Shown here in pieces: positions 1 through 8,606 of a DNA stretch of 64,000 nt. Both the position numbers and the translations under genes were made by a program. The stretch's first letter is position 1. The number at the start of each line of letters is the position of its first letter. The notes below the pieces were generated by a model. That model did no database searches and was not told where the DNA came from. It was given only the letters and a program-made list of their open reading frames with translations. The DNA is taken from the IMG/VR virus record IMGVR_UViG_3300005098_000001. One strand, given 5' to 3'. The stretch is from an uncultured virus (IMG/VR IMGVR_UViG_3300005098_000001) (taxonomy: Duplodnaviria > Heunggongvirae > Uroviricota > Caudoviricetes).

Positions 1-180
1 AGTACGATCAATCAGGTAGTGCCTTTCAATTAAGAAATATAAATGAAATATTAAGGGATTATTATAATCCTTCTGATAAAGAACTTTTGAAGTATGATCA
101 ATCAGGTAGTGCCTTTCAATCAAAAAATATAGACGAAGTATTAAAAGAATACTATAATCCTTCAGCAAATGACTTCCTTT
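1..180 (+). repeat. 90-bp in-frame tandem repeat (at least 2 copies)
   Basis: agtaYgatcaatcaggtagtgcctttcaat occurs at 1 and 91, each followed by tataatccttc. Confidence 0.9.
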
Positions 181-797
181 GGTATGACGGAACTAATTTT
201 ATAGGAACCCAATATAGCACAGGGGGTGGAGGAGGAGCAGGAGATAGCATCTGTGATTCAGATAATGATACTTGTTTTGAAACAGAAAGATCAACTGACG
301 AGGATATAGTAAGAGCAAAAGCTGGCGGTCAAGATGTATTTGCAGGTTATTCTAGTGGAATATTTGAGCTTACAAAACAAAGTTTCATACAAGTATCTAA
401 AACTACAGATCAAACTGTTTCTAGTGGTGGTGAAGCTACGATAGCATATAACAATGAAGAGTTTGATCAGCATTCTGAATATAATACATCAAATTATCGT
501 TTTACAGCAACAAAAGCAGGAGTCTATGTTGTTTTTGCATCTTTTCGTTGGAGAAATGAATCATGGAGTTCGGGAGATTATTTTGAATTATATATTGCAA
601 AGAATGGAAGTGCTTTTTGTAGATTTAGAAGATATGTCCATGGCTCTGTAACTGGATATTTAAGTATATGGGTAACTTCTATAATAAAACTTAGTACTGG
701 TGATTATATTGAGATACGGGTATATAATGCAGGATCAACCCATACAATATATGGCGGTTCTACTTTTAATCGCTTTCATGTAATAAAAGTAGCATAG
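1..797 (+). CDS. Tail fibre/receptor-binding protein with C-terminal C1q-like domain (5' partial)
   Basis: Frame is open from position 3, so the start lies upstream of the window. Contains 30-aa repeats (YDQSGSAFQ..YYNPS), a Gly linker and a C1q-like beta-sandwich (FTATKAGVYVV..LSTGDYIEI). Confidence 0.65.
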   Translation, partial: YDQSGSAFQLRNINEILRDYYNPSDKELLKYDQSGSAFQSKNIDEVLKEYYNPSANDFLWYDGTNFIGTQYSTGGGGGAGDSICDSDNDTCFETERSTDEDIVRAKAGGQDVFAGYSSGIFELTKQSFIQVSKTTDQTVSSGGEATIAYNNEEFDQHSEYNTSNYRFTATKAGVYVVFASFRWRNESWSSGDYFELYIAKNGSAFCRFRRYVHGSVTGYLSIWVTSIIKLSTGDYIEIRVYNAGSTHTIYGGSTFNRFHVIKVA

Positions 798-806
798 GAG
801 GTTTTT

Positions 807-1142
807 ATGATAATAAGGTATTACAAAGATGATGGAACTTTAATAAGGGAAGTTCAAATTCCAGAAGAAGAAGAAAAAGCTCTTAGTATTGCTATGGCAG
901 ATATTGCAGAATGGCATCAGAATTTTATAAAACATAGAATAGGACAAGAGATAGATTTTATCGTAGAAAAAGCATTAGAACCAAACTCTGAACTTCTCAC
1001 AAAAGAGGACAAACAACAATTAAGAAATCTATTAGATCAACATGGAATATTAGTTTCAGATCCAAGAAGACTTCCAATTAAAATCAAAAGAGAAATAGTA
1101 AAAAGGGCAAATCTTGACCCTTTAAAGCCAAAACTAGAATAG
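807..1142 (+). CDS. Hypothetical protein (possibly fibre-associated)
   Basis: ORF with AGGAGG RBS directly after the fibre gene. Confidence 0.6.
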   Translation: MIIRYYKDDGTLIREVQIPEEEEKALSIAMADIAEWHQNFIKHRIGQEIDFIVEKALEPNSELLTKEDKQQLRNLLDQHGILVSDPRRLPIKIKREIVKRANLDPLKPKLE

Positions 1143-1145
1143 CAC

Positions 1146-1601
1146 ATGAAAAATAAAAAATTGAGTAAAAACTTTTTGTTGAATCAATTTAAGGTCTCAA
1201 GCCTTTATCCTGAGATTGCAAAGAGACTTCAATTTACAAAGGAAGATGAATTAAAGTTTTCACTTCTCTGCCATCTGATTTTAGAGCCCCTATATGAGTA
1301 TTTAAAAGACAGGTATAAAAAACAGAAAGTTTTAATCAAGATTTTGAGTGGGAAGAGAAACTATAGATTAAATCAACTAGAAAAAGAGTTAATAGATAAT
1401 ACAAGTCATGTCCACTCTTTAGCCTGCGATTTTACGGTTTTAGTAAATTACCAGTTAAAAGAGGAGATCTTAAAAGAGGCCTTTGATTTCATAAAAAATC
1501 AGTTAAAACATAACTTCTCAGAGCTCTTTCTTTATACTCCAATGAAGCAGATCCATGTTGCATTAAGGACAAAAGAAGAGCAAAGAATAGAAGTTTTATG
1601 A
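1146..1601 (+). CDS. Peptidase M15A-like Zn peptidase
   Basis: LSKNF..LEPL..ILSGKR..LN..SHVHSLACD..IHVA matches the M15 H/D/H Zn-ligand pattern. Confidence 0.65.
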   Translation: MKNKKLSKNFLLNQFKVSSLYPEIAKRLQFTKEDELKFSLLCHLILEPLYEYLKDRYKKQKVLIKILSGKRNYRLNQLEKELIDNTSHVHSLACDFTVLVNYQLKEEILKEAFDFIKNQLKHNFSELFLYTPMKQIHVALRTKEEQRIEVL

Positions 1602-1984
1602 AATTAGAATCTTATTTTAATCAAAAATTAGAAAAAGATCAAGTAAGACTAATCAGACTCTATACACCTTCACTAGTTCTCTGGTTAGAACTTCCTTTAG
1701 ATCAAATTCCAAAGCCAGGTACGAAAGAATCTAAAAAGCTTTTAAAGCTAAAAAAAGAATTTCAAACCTTAAGAAGAAAATTAAAGATTAAGGCCTATAG
1801 GCCAGAAAAGCTTCAAGATCAAAGACTCTCTCACCTAGTTAAGATGTTTTTAAAGATCTCCTATTTGATGGATGAGAACTCTAAAGATTATTTGAAATTA
1901 ATGAGAATGAAGGCCCAAGTTTTAAAAGAAATAGACCAAGTACAAAAAGAAAAGAAAGGAGCCTCCATCTTAGATTTCTTATAA
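1598..1984 (+). CDS. Hypothetical basic helical protein (terminase small subunit possible but unsupported)
   Basis: ATGA-coupled ORF with no diagnostic motif. Confidence 0.5.
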   Translation: MKLESYFNQKLEKDQVRLIRLYTPSLVLWLELPLDQIPKPGTKESKKLLKLKKEFQTLRRKLKIKAYRPEKLQDQRLSHLVKMFLKISYLMDENSKDYLKLMRMKAQVLKEIDQVQKEKKGASILDFL

Positions 1985-1997
1985 AGGAGATTAAAAA

Positions 1998-2370
1998 ATG
2001 AAAAAAAAGGATTTAGCTTTGTATAGAGCGATCTTTATTTATGAAGCAGCAAGACTTCATGCTAAAATGCTCAACTGTCCTATAGTTCCTAAACCATAGG
2101 AAGATAGAGAAAAAAGAATTCAAGGACCAATTCATAGAACTTATTAATGACTTAATAGAAGGAAAAAGAAGATTTAGGGATCCAAAGTCTGCCCATAATT
2201 CCTGGGTAAAGAAGTACAAAGAAATGGGCTGGAGACATGGAAAAACTTACGACCCAATAAATAGGATTCACCCTGACCTTGTCCCTTATGAAAAATTGGA
2301 TCCAAAAGAAAAAATAAAAGATGAAGTTTTCTTAAATCTAGTAAAATTTGCAAAAAAGTACATCTGGTAA
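1998..2370 (+). pseudogene. RyR-domain protein, interrupted (missed by the ORF track)
   Basis: AGGAG RBS and ATG at 1998, TAG at 2097-2099, and a +1 frame offset. Downstream frame reads HNSWVKKYKEMGWRHGKTYDPINRIHPDLVPYEKLDPKEKIKD (RyR signature), ending TAA at 2370. Confidence 0.8.
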
Positions 2371-2379
2371 TTACAAAAA

Positions 2380-2790
2380 TGAATAGTAGGACAAAAGAAA
2401 TAAGGAGAGATAATAATAAGATAAGTAAGTAGTAGAATAGAAATAGTGAAAATAAGCAAATGGTAGATAAACAAATGGTAGGATATAGATAGAATAAGCA
2501 GGTAAAGGATAAACAAATCATAGGATGAATAAACGGAGGGATGAGACAAATAATAGGATGGAAAGGTAATAGGATATAGGATAAGTAGAATAAAGCGGTA
2601 GGTAGGAACAAAATAAGAAAGCAGAGCAGAGGAAAGAAAGTAGAGAGAAGTAAAATAAGTAAAAGGAGAGAAAGTAAAATAAAAGGAAGGATAGATAGAT
2701 CGTAGGATAGACAAATCGTAGAATAGACAAATCGTAGGATGAACAGGCAGAAGAATAAATGGAGGAATAAGCAGACGGAGAAATAAAGAA
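2380..2790 (+). repeat. Purine-rich degenerate ~16-bp tandem repeat tract
   Basis: ggatagatagatcgta / ggatagacaaatcgta / gaatagacaaatcgta at 2689-2736, with more degenerate ggat..ta units upstream. Very few C on the + strand. Confidence 0.75.
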
Positions 2791-2872
2791 CCAGATTGGC
2801 AAAACCTCACCTTCACTTTCTCATTGCCTCGCTTAGGCCAGGAGAAAATGTATTGGTGAAAATATTATAGGA

Positions 2873-3057
2873 TTAAGCTTTTGTCTTTTTTAAGGCCTTG
2901 ATATTAACATATAATGGAGGATCCAAAGTCGCATAAATTTCAGATCCTCTCTTTTGCAAATTCTTAATTGTGTATGTTCTTCCTTTTAGATAAGAAAAAC
3001 CTTTTAGTAATCTTTCTTCTTTAATTTTGACTTTTCTCTCCTTTTTTTAAATTTCAT
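2873..3057 (-). pseudogene. Frameshifted small protein (MKFKKGEKVKIK-type start)
   Basis: Removing one A from each of two A-runs gives a 60-aa ORF MKFKKGEKVKIKEERLLKGFSYLKGRTYTIKNL..KA. Confidence 0.45.
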
Positions 3058-3233
3058 TTTCCTATTATATTTTCAAGTATTATTTGAGTATGTTTCAGTT
3101 TTAGTTTGATTAAATCATTTACAATAGTTCTTCTTTCTTCATATAGATATTTGGATTTAGTTTCTTCAATAACTTTATCGATAGCTTTTAGTTTTCTTTC
3201 TAGTTTATCGATTCTTTTTTCTAGTCTTTCCAT
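3054..3233 (-). CDS. Small coiled-coil protein (59 aa, below the ORF-track cutoff)
   Basis: MERLEKRIDKLERKLKAIDKVIEE..IIGK, preceded by AAGGT. Confidence 0.6.
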   Translation of the reverse strand: MERLEKRIDKLERKLKAIDKVIEETKSKYLYEERRTIVNDLIKLKLKHTQIILENIIGK

Positions 3234-3366
3234 TTAACCTTACCCATCTTTGCAAATGGAGGAATCTTCCTCCTTTTTCTTCCTCTTTTTGCAATTACCT
3301 TTTTAGAACTTCTTCTTGAAACTTTCTTTTTTCTAATCATTTCTCTTTTTACCTCCTTCTATATAT

Positions 3367-3395
3367 ATTATAGTACATATCATAGGAAAAGTAAA
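3367..3395 (-). promoter_or_regulatory. Conserved phage promoter, copy 1
   Basis: TTTACT-17-TATAAT with ATGATATGTAC just upstream of the -10. Confidence 0.8.
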
Positions 3396-3415
3396 TAGAC
3401 TTTTTTAAAGAAAAA

Positions 3416-3763
3416 TTAAATATTAGATTTTTTAGATCTTTTTATAAGAACTTTTGCATAAAGTCTGATCTCTTTTAAATACAGATCTATTTGATACATT
3501 TTATGAAATTCTTTTCTCTTGATTTTCCTAATCAAAGAGTCACAACAATATTCCAATTCCTCTTCTATTTCTTTCGTTGACTTATTTTTCAAATCTTTTA
3601 GAAGTTGTCTTCTATTCTTAAAATTTTTTAAGAACTTCTCAACTGATTGATTAATGAAGAAAGATATTGATATGTTATGTTTTCCTATTAATGAATTGAC
3701 TTCTTCTATTAACTCTCTTTTTAGTTTAATTGGTTTCACAATATATTCTTTTTCTTTTTTCAT
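3416..3763 (-). CDS. Ribbon-helix-helix-like DNA-binding protein
   Basis: YIVKPIKLKRELIEEV..SISFFINQSVEKFL fits an RHH pattern. Confidence 0.5.
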   Translation of the reverse strand: MKKEKEYIVKPIKLKRELIEEVNSLIGKHNISISFFINQSVEKFLKNFKNRRQLLKDLKNKSTKEIEEELEYCCDSLIRKIKRKEFHKMYQIDLYLKEIRLYAKVLIKRSKKSNI

Positions 3764-3767
3764 TTTC

Positions 3768-3986
3768 TTATTCTAAATTTCTTTTTTCGAAAGATTTAAT
3801 AATTCTCAAAGCTAGATTTTTCTTATAGAAGAAACTTTTGTCATTATTTATAGCTTTATCAATTAATCGATTAATAAGTTGGCTTATTGAAGTATTTTCT
3901 ATTTTAGACAATAAGATAAGATCATTAAGCAATCTTTTTTTAATTGTAATAGTTTTGATAATATAAGTCTTCTTTTTCTGGTCCAT
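3768..3986 (-). CDS. Ribbon-helix-helix-like protein (paralog of the adjacent gene)
   Basis: YIIKTITIKKRLLNDL..TSISQLINRLIDKAI; TTTACC-17-TATAAT lies 7 nt upstream. Confidence 0.55.
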   Translation of the reverse strand: MDQKKKTYIIKTITIKKRLLNDLILLSKIENTSISQLINRLIDKAINNDKSFFYKKNLALRIIKSFEKRNLE

Positions 3987-5078
3987 TTTTAAAATTATAT
4001 ATCATTCTTTGTTAAAGGTAAATATTTAATAAAATTTAGGCTTTAATAAAGTTTAAGATTTATTAAAGTTATGAGTTTAATAATTTTTTTTAAATGGAAA
4101 GATCATTTTAAATTTTTAATTTCACATTCTTTTTACATGTAAAATTCCAGAATTTGCTTTTTAACTTTAATTGTCTCATAAGGATTTTCTAAAACCTCAA
4201 CTTTAAAATCCTAATATAAGGAAAAAATCACTTTTCTTGTACTTGCTTTTTACATTTTAACCTCCCGGTTTTCTGGATATATTGAATTATAATAATTTTT
4301 AATCTTTGACAAGTTCTCCTTTGTCTTAAAGAAATTAAGAAAAATTTCATTTAATCATAGAAAAAGAATTTCTAAAGAATAAAAAAAGAATTAATCAAAC
4401 TAGACGATTAAATGATTTAATAGTAACTACAGATTTTTCTAAAGTAAAAAGGAAAATATAAATTTTAAAATTATTGTTATACTTTAATTTTAGGCAAAAA
4501 TGAAGAGTAAGATTAATTCGAATAAATCTTATATGTTCTAATATTTACTAATTCATAAGTGTGTTTCTGGCTTCAACCTCATGAGAGCTGCAATAAAAGA
4601 AATTTAATTGAAAGTTTTTAATGAAGAAGAAGACAAAGTCCCAGGGTATAACCTAAAAAGCTAAGAAAAAATGATAATAACTTTTTTTAATTTAATTGTT
4701 TCATTTAAAGATTAAGGATAAAAAAATAAATTGAAAACTAATTGTAGATTCTCAAAAAAGAAATCTAAATTATACTATTGCAGAATAGTCAAGAAAAAAT
4801 TAAATAAGTAAATTGAGTTTTATATTAGTTCCCAAAGATTTAGGCTAAATAAAAAAGTAATAATAAAAAATGGAAGGCTTAGTGTGAAGGATTGAAATGC
4901 AAAGATCTTCCTATTTTTTTTGAGGATGAAAGCGCGGACAATTTGCCCTCCATCCCATTTCCCGGGCCTGCCGGGTCGGGTCCTTTTGCTTATTCCCCTG
5001 CTTATTCTTTCTTCTTCATTCACTATTGTTCTATAAGTAATAACTAAAGAATATTATCTTACAACATGTTTTTTTTCT

Positions 5079-5306
5079 TCATTCAATTTCTTTTGTACTC
5101 AGTTTCTTTTGTTTATTAAAAGCTAATGAAGACCAATTAAGGCAAATCCTATCTTCTGTAATAGTAGCTATTTTTTTACCATCTTGATAGACTTTTACTT
5201 CTTTTTCTTCAGCATTATACACTATTGAAATTGCAATATCTTGTGAAACTTCTGTGAATAAATTGTCTATTAGCCAATGGACTTGGTCTCTAATATCATT
5301 ATTCAT
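5079..5306 (-). CDS. Hypothetical protein
   Basis: Start moved to MNNDIRD, which follows a GGAGG RBS. Confidence 0.55.
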   Translation of the reverse strand: MNNDIRDQVHWLIDNLFTEVSQDIAISIVYNAEEKEVKVYQDGKKIATITEDRICLNWSSLAFNKQKKLSTKEIE

Positions 5307-5631
5307 ATTCTTATTACCTCCAGGTAAAACTTTGTATTTAATAATCATCAAATGCTTCTCCAAGAATTATAAATAGGATTGTTAAAAAATATACATACTT
5401 CGAGTGCTTCTTTCATTTTTACCTCCTTTTTATAATTTATTGTTTTATATTTTTTAGATCTGTCTATTATATTCTTCATATTTTTTACTATCTTTTATTA
5501 ATTTTTAATAGATAATTTTCCCTTTCCAAATCCAAATAATAATTATTATCCAGATTATTATGGCTAAAATTTGCATAATTATCTCCTTATTTTTGATATG
5601 ATTTAAATTATAATATGCAAGTAATATTGGT

Positions 5632-5856
5632 TTATGCTTTTTTATCTATGAAAAGTCCTTTTCCTCTTTTTATGTGGATAAAGAATTTTTTGATAAAGTC
5701 TTCTTTTTTTATTTCTAAGGGAAATTTTAAATAGGCTTCATAGAGAGTGTCTGTCAAAATACTTGGGAATTTGCAATAAAATACTTTTTCACAATGGTTG
5801 TCTAGAAGTTTTTTGAATTCTACCTTTTGATTAGCTTCATTTTTTAGATTCTTCAT
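5632..5856 (-). CDS. Hypothetical protein
   Basis: ORF in the minus-strand gene run. Confidence 0.5.
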   Translation of the reverse strand: MKNLKNEANQKVEFKKLLDNHCEKVFYCKFPSILTDTLYEAYLKFPLEIKKEDFIKKFFIHIKRGKGLFIDKKA

Positions 5857-6115
5857 TTTTCAAAGGGCAAATGGCTATTCCATGAGAGAATAGCCCAGAG
5901 TTTTCTATGATCAAAAACTTTGCTTTACTACTTTTGTCCTTCAAGATTTTTATGTCATATCTATTTATTGATTCGTGGTAAACAACTTCAAATTTTTTAT
6001 TATAAGGCACATATCTTGTTGTAAGATCTACTATAATAAAGACTACTATAAAGATTATTACTAATAAGAATAAAAGTGCTAAAAGAGCATTTCCTTTTTG
6101 TTTTGTTATTTTCAT
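5837..6115 (-). CDS. Membrane-anchored hypothetical protein
   Basis: N-terminal QKGNALLALLFLLVIIFIVVFII hydrophobic segment, resembling a prepilin-type leader. Confidence 0.55.
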   Translation of the reverse strand: MKITKQKGNALLALLFLLVIIFIVVFIIVDLTTRYVPYNKKFEVVYHESINRYDIKILKDKSSKAKFLIIENSGLFSHGIAICPLKNEESKK

Positions 6116-6197
6116 TTTTTAATCTCCAACTTAAATTAGGATTTAAATTACTTTATTTTTCAAAGAAGCCAGCCCTAGATAATACAATATATAGGGT

Positions 6198-6551
6198 TTA
6201 CACCTCCTTTTTATTTATTGTTTTCAGGCTGGCTTCTGATCCTTGATTTTTATTTTCTTTTTCTAACTCTAACCAAAGTTTAAAGCTTGCTTTGCAATTG
6301 CTGCATTTAAAGGTGATGGTTAGATTCTCTATATTACTATTTTTACAAGGAAACTTAATACTTAGAAATTCTCCTTCACAGATAGGAAGACTTTTTTTGT
6401 TTACTTTATTGCATTTAGAACATTTCCAACATAATTTGCAAGATCTAGAACTTATCTTTATTTCGTCTTTAGGGACTTTGAAACTTTGTTTTTTATAATC
6501 GAATTCATTGTTTTTGTCATAGTCTTTAGGATTAAAGCTTACTTTGTTCAT
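6198..6551 (-). CDS. Zn-ribbon hypothetical protein
   Basis: CxxC pairs (CSKC, CSNC); GAGG RBS. Confidence 0.55.
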   Translation of the reverse strand: MNKVSFNPKDYDKNNEFDYKKQSFKVPKDEIKISSRSCKLCWKCSKCNKVNKKSLPICEGEFLSIKFPCKNSNIENLTITFKCSNCKASFKLWLELEKENKNQGSEASLKTINKKEV

Positions 6552-6565
6552 TTATTACCTCGCAT

Positions 6566-6751
6566 TTAAGCTTTTTCTATTTTATCTTTTATCCAATATC
6601 CTAAGCTTATATTAAGTCCTAATTTCCTTTTTACTTCGTAATACTCATTTGGAAATTTAACTTTTCTCAGTTCATTAAAAAGAATAGAGTAAGCGATTTC
6701 CTTTTCTATTCTTAATTTTTCTAAAAGAAATTCTCTATAGGTCTTAAGCAT
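6566..6751 (-). CDS. Hypothetical protein
   Basis: ORF in operon. Confidence 0.5.
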   Translation of the reverse strand: MLKTYREFLLEKLRIEKEIAYSILFNELRKVKFPNEYYEVKRKLGLNISLGYWIKDKIEKA

Positions 6752-6754
6752 TTT

Positions 6755-7051
6755 TTATTTATCTATTACCTCATAGGTTTTGTAGAAAATCTTTTTCTTT
6801 ATTGGATAGAGCTCTCCTTCTATTCCTTTGATTATGAAGTCTTCTCCTTTTTTTGCAACTAAAATTCCTTCTCTTGTCCTTACTTCTTCTATTTCAGAGA
6901 TTGGCTCTCTAAACTCTACTATGATTGGTTTTTTCCTTGCCCTTCTCCAAACTTTCTTTCCCATATATTTTACTTCTACTTTATCTCTTTCTCCTTTAAT
7001 TGCTTCTTTTGTTGATTTAGTCAATTGATTTATATAAATTTTTCTTCTCAT
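6755..7051 (-). CDS. PGDYG-like small phage protein
   Basis: KKPIIVE..TREG..GEDFIIKGIEGELYPIKKKIFYKTYE. Confidence 0.65.
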   Translation of the reverse strand: MRRKIYINQLTKSTKEAIKGERDKVEVKYMGKKVWRRARKKPIIVEFREPISEIEEVRTREGILVAKKGEDFIIKGIEGELYPIKKKIFYKTYEVIDK

Positions 7052-7065
7052 TTTGAATTCCTTAA

Positions 7066-7689
7066 TTATGACTTTATTATTATTTCTTCATTTTCTAGCC
7101 ATTCATCCATATATTTTTTATATTTATGAGCCAATTTTTTAATAGAATCTTCATCTAGATCCAATAGACGAAGATCAGACAAAATTCTACTAATTTTTGG
7201 ATTTAAATAAAGCCATATATCTTCAATATGAAAGATATAGTGTCCGTATTCTTCTTTATTATTAGAAACTTCTAAAAATGCTTTTTCAAAATCTTCAAGT
7301 AATAGTGATTCATATTTATTCACATCTAAAATAAGAGGATATTTTACTTTTCCTCTAAGAGGACAAGTGAAAACATATTTGACTGAATCATCATCACTAA
7401 CAAAATCCGGACCTCTTAAAGCTGTAACATAATCCCAACAAATCTTATCACCTAATTCAGCACACATATCTAATAATTCTTTCCATGTTCTATCTTTATT
7501 CTTTTTGATTGTATATAAAGTTATATTTTCTTTATTTTGCAAGATTTGAATTTTTCTATTACAAAAAGGACATTTGATAATCTTTATTCCAATCCCTTCT
7601 TTTGGGAGTTCAATCATAAATTTATTTCTACAATATGTACACAAAATATCTCTTTTTATCAAATCTGAAATTTTAGTATTTATTGACAT
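7066..7689 (-). CDS. Zn-finger hypothetical protein
   Basis: CTYC..CPFC at the N-terminus. Confidence 0.6.
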   Translation of the reverse strand: MSINTKISDLIKRDILCTYCRNKFMIELPKEGIGIKIIKCPFCNRKIQILQNKENITLYTIKKNKDRTWKELLDMCAELGDKICWDYVTALRGPDFVSDDDSVKYVFTCPLRGKVKYPLILDVNKYESLLLEDFEKAFLEVSNNKEEYGHYIFHIEDIWLYLNPKISRILSDLRLLDLDEDSIKKLAHKYKKYMDEWLENEEIIIKS

Positions 7690-7695
7690 CCTTTT

Positions 7696-8025
7696 TTACC
7701 TCCTTAATTTTATAAGTTCTAATATATTACTGCTTTTCCCAACAATATAATTATTATTGTCTTCAAATGTCCCATAGATAGGATGCATCTGTTCTCCATA
7801 TTCCACTTTATATTTTCTTCCCTTTTTATCTGTCCATTGTGAATGTACTGGATATTGCTTTGCCCATTCATGTATTTCCTTTAAGATTTTATCTCTATAC
7901 TTCCAATAGTGTGGATGCATTTTCCTTGCTAAGTCTTGAATCCTTATCAAAATGAAACTATCTCTTTCAAAAAGATCTTCATTTTCTTCTAGGATTTTAT
8001 TTATTGCATCATCTACTTTGTTCAT
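7696..8025 (-). CDS. Hypothetical protein
   Basis: ORF in operon. Confidence 0.55.
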   Translation of the reverse strand: MNKVDDAINKILEENEDLFERDSFILIRIQDLARKMHPHYWKYRDKILKEIHEWAKQYPVHSQWTDKKGRKYKVEYGEQMHPIYGTFEDNNNYIVGKSSNILELIKLRR

Positions 8026-8314
8026 GGGATTTAAACCTATTCATTCTTATTGGTCTAAATTTATTTATTGGTCTAACCCTAGTAATCTGTGAAATAGTTT
8101 CTAGATCCTCTTTACTTAATTTAATATGCTTTGTCTTTTTAGTATTAATTTTTTCTTCAAGTTTTTCTAATTTCTTTTCTGACCAATCAACAAATAAACC
8201 AAAAATTAGAAAGAATAAAACAAATGGCCATAAATCTATTAGAACTGCAATTTGAAAAAACAAAGCTAAGGATCCTGCTATTCCTGCCCAAGTTCCTATA
8301 AAAACTCTCCACAT
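8009..8314 (-). CDS. Two-TM membrane protein
   Basis: Two N-terminal hydrophobic segments and a basic tail; GAGG RBS. Confidence 0.55.
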   Translation of the reverse strand: MWRVFIGTWAGIAGSLALFFQIAVLIDLWPFVLFFLIFGLFVDWSEKKLEKLEEKINTKKTKHIKLSKEDLETISQITRVRPINKFRPIRMNRFKSHEQSR

Positions 8315-8334
8315 AAACTTTAACCTCTAATTAT

Positions 8335-8363
8335 ATTATAGTACATATTATGATGGAAGTAAA
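8335..8363 (-). promoter_or_regulatory. Conserved phage promoter, copy 2
   Basis: TTTACT-17-TATAAT with ATAATATGTAC. Confidence 0.8.
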
Positions 8364-8369
8364 TATTTT

Positions 8370-8606
8370 TTATTCATCTCTCACTGGAGATCTCTTAATC
8401 TTTGTTATTTCTATTACAACTGGCTTTGTGAACCATTTATTAATGAATTCTATAAGAGCTTGTTCTATATCTTTCTTTTTCCCCAGGAATATGGAATTTT
8501 CAGGATGAACTGGTCTATTATTTACATTTTCTATACTTAAGGTATTTCTAGTTAATGTAATTCTTGCATACTTCATTTTTTTAGGTTTAATTTCGTCATT
8601 TCTCAT
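8370..8606 (-). CDS. Hypothetical protein
   Basis: ORF overlapping the end of the upstream gene. Confidence 0.5.
   Translation of the reverse strand: MRNDEIKPKKMKYARITLTRNTLSIENVNNRPVHPENSIFLGKKKDIEQALIEFINKWFTKPVVIEITKIKRSPVRDE

Noticed and set aside
1..797. Diversity-generating retroelement target
   Set aside because: No reverse transcriptase and no TR/VR pair in the window; the 90-bp repeat is an in-frame protein repeat.
1598..1984. Terminase small subunit
   Set aside because: No recognisable motif and no adjacent large subunit.
1998..2370. Genome-wide TAG recoding
   Set aside because: Many genes end in TAG followed directly by the next gene (e.g. 797, 1142, 38038), long genes have no internal TAG, and the RyR lesion also involves a frameshift.
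2380..2790. Possible CRISPR or mini-array
   Set aside because: Units are abutting and degenerate, with no unique spacers and no cas genes.
2174..2816. Three overlapping hydrophobic minus-strand ORFs
   Set aside because: Artefacts of the purine-rich repeat tract (its pyrimidine strand has few stops); low complexity, and they overlap the RyR gene.
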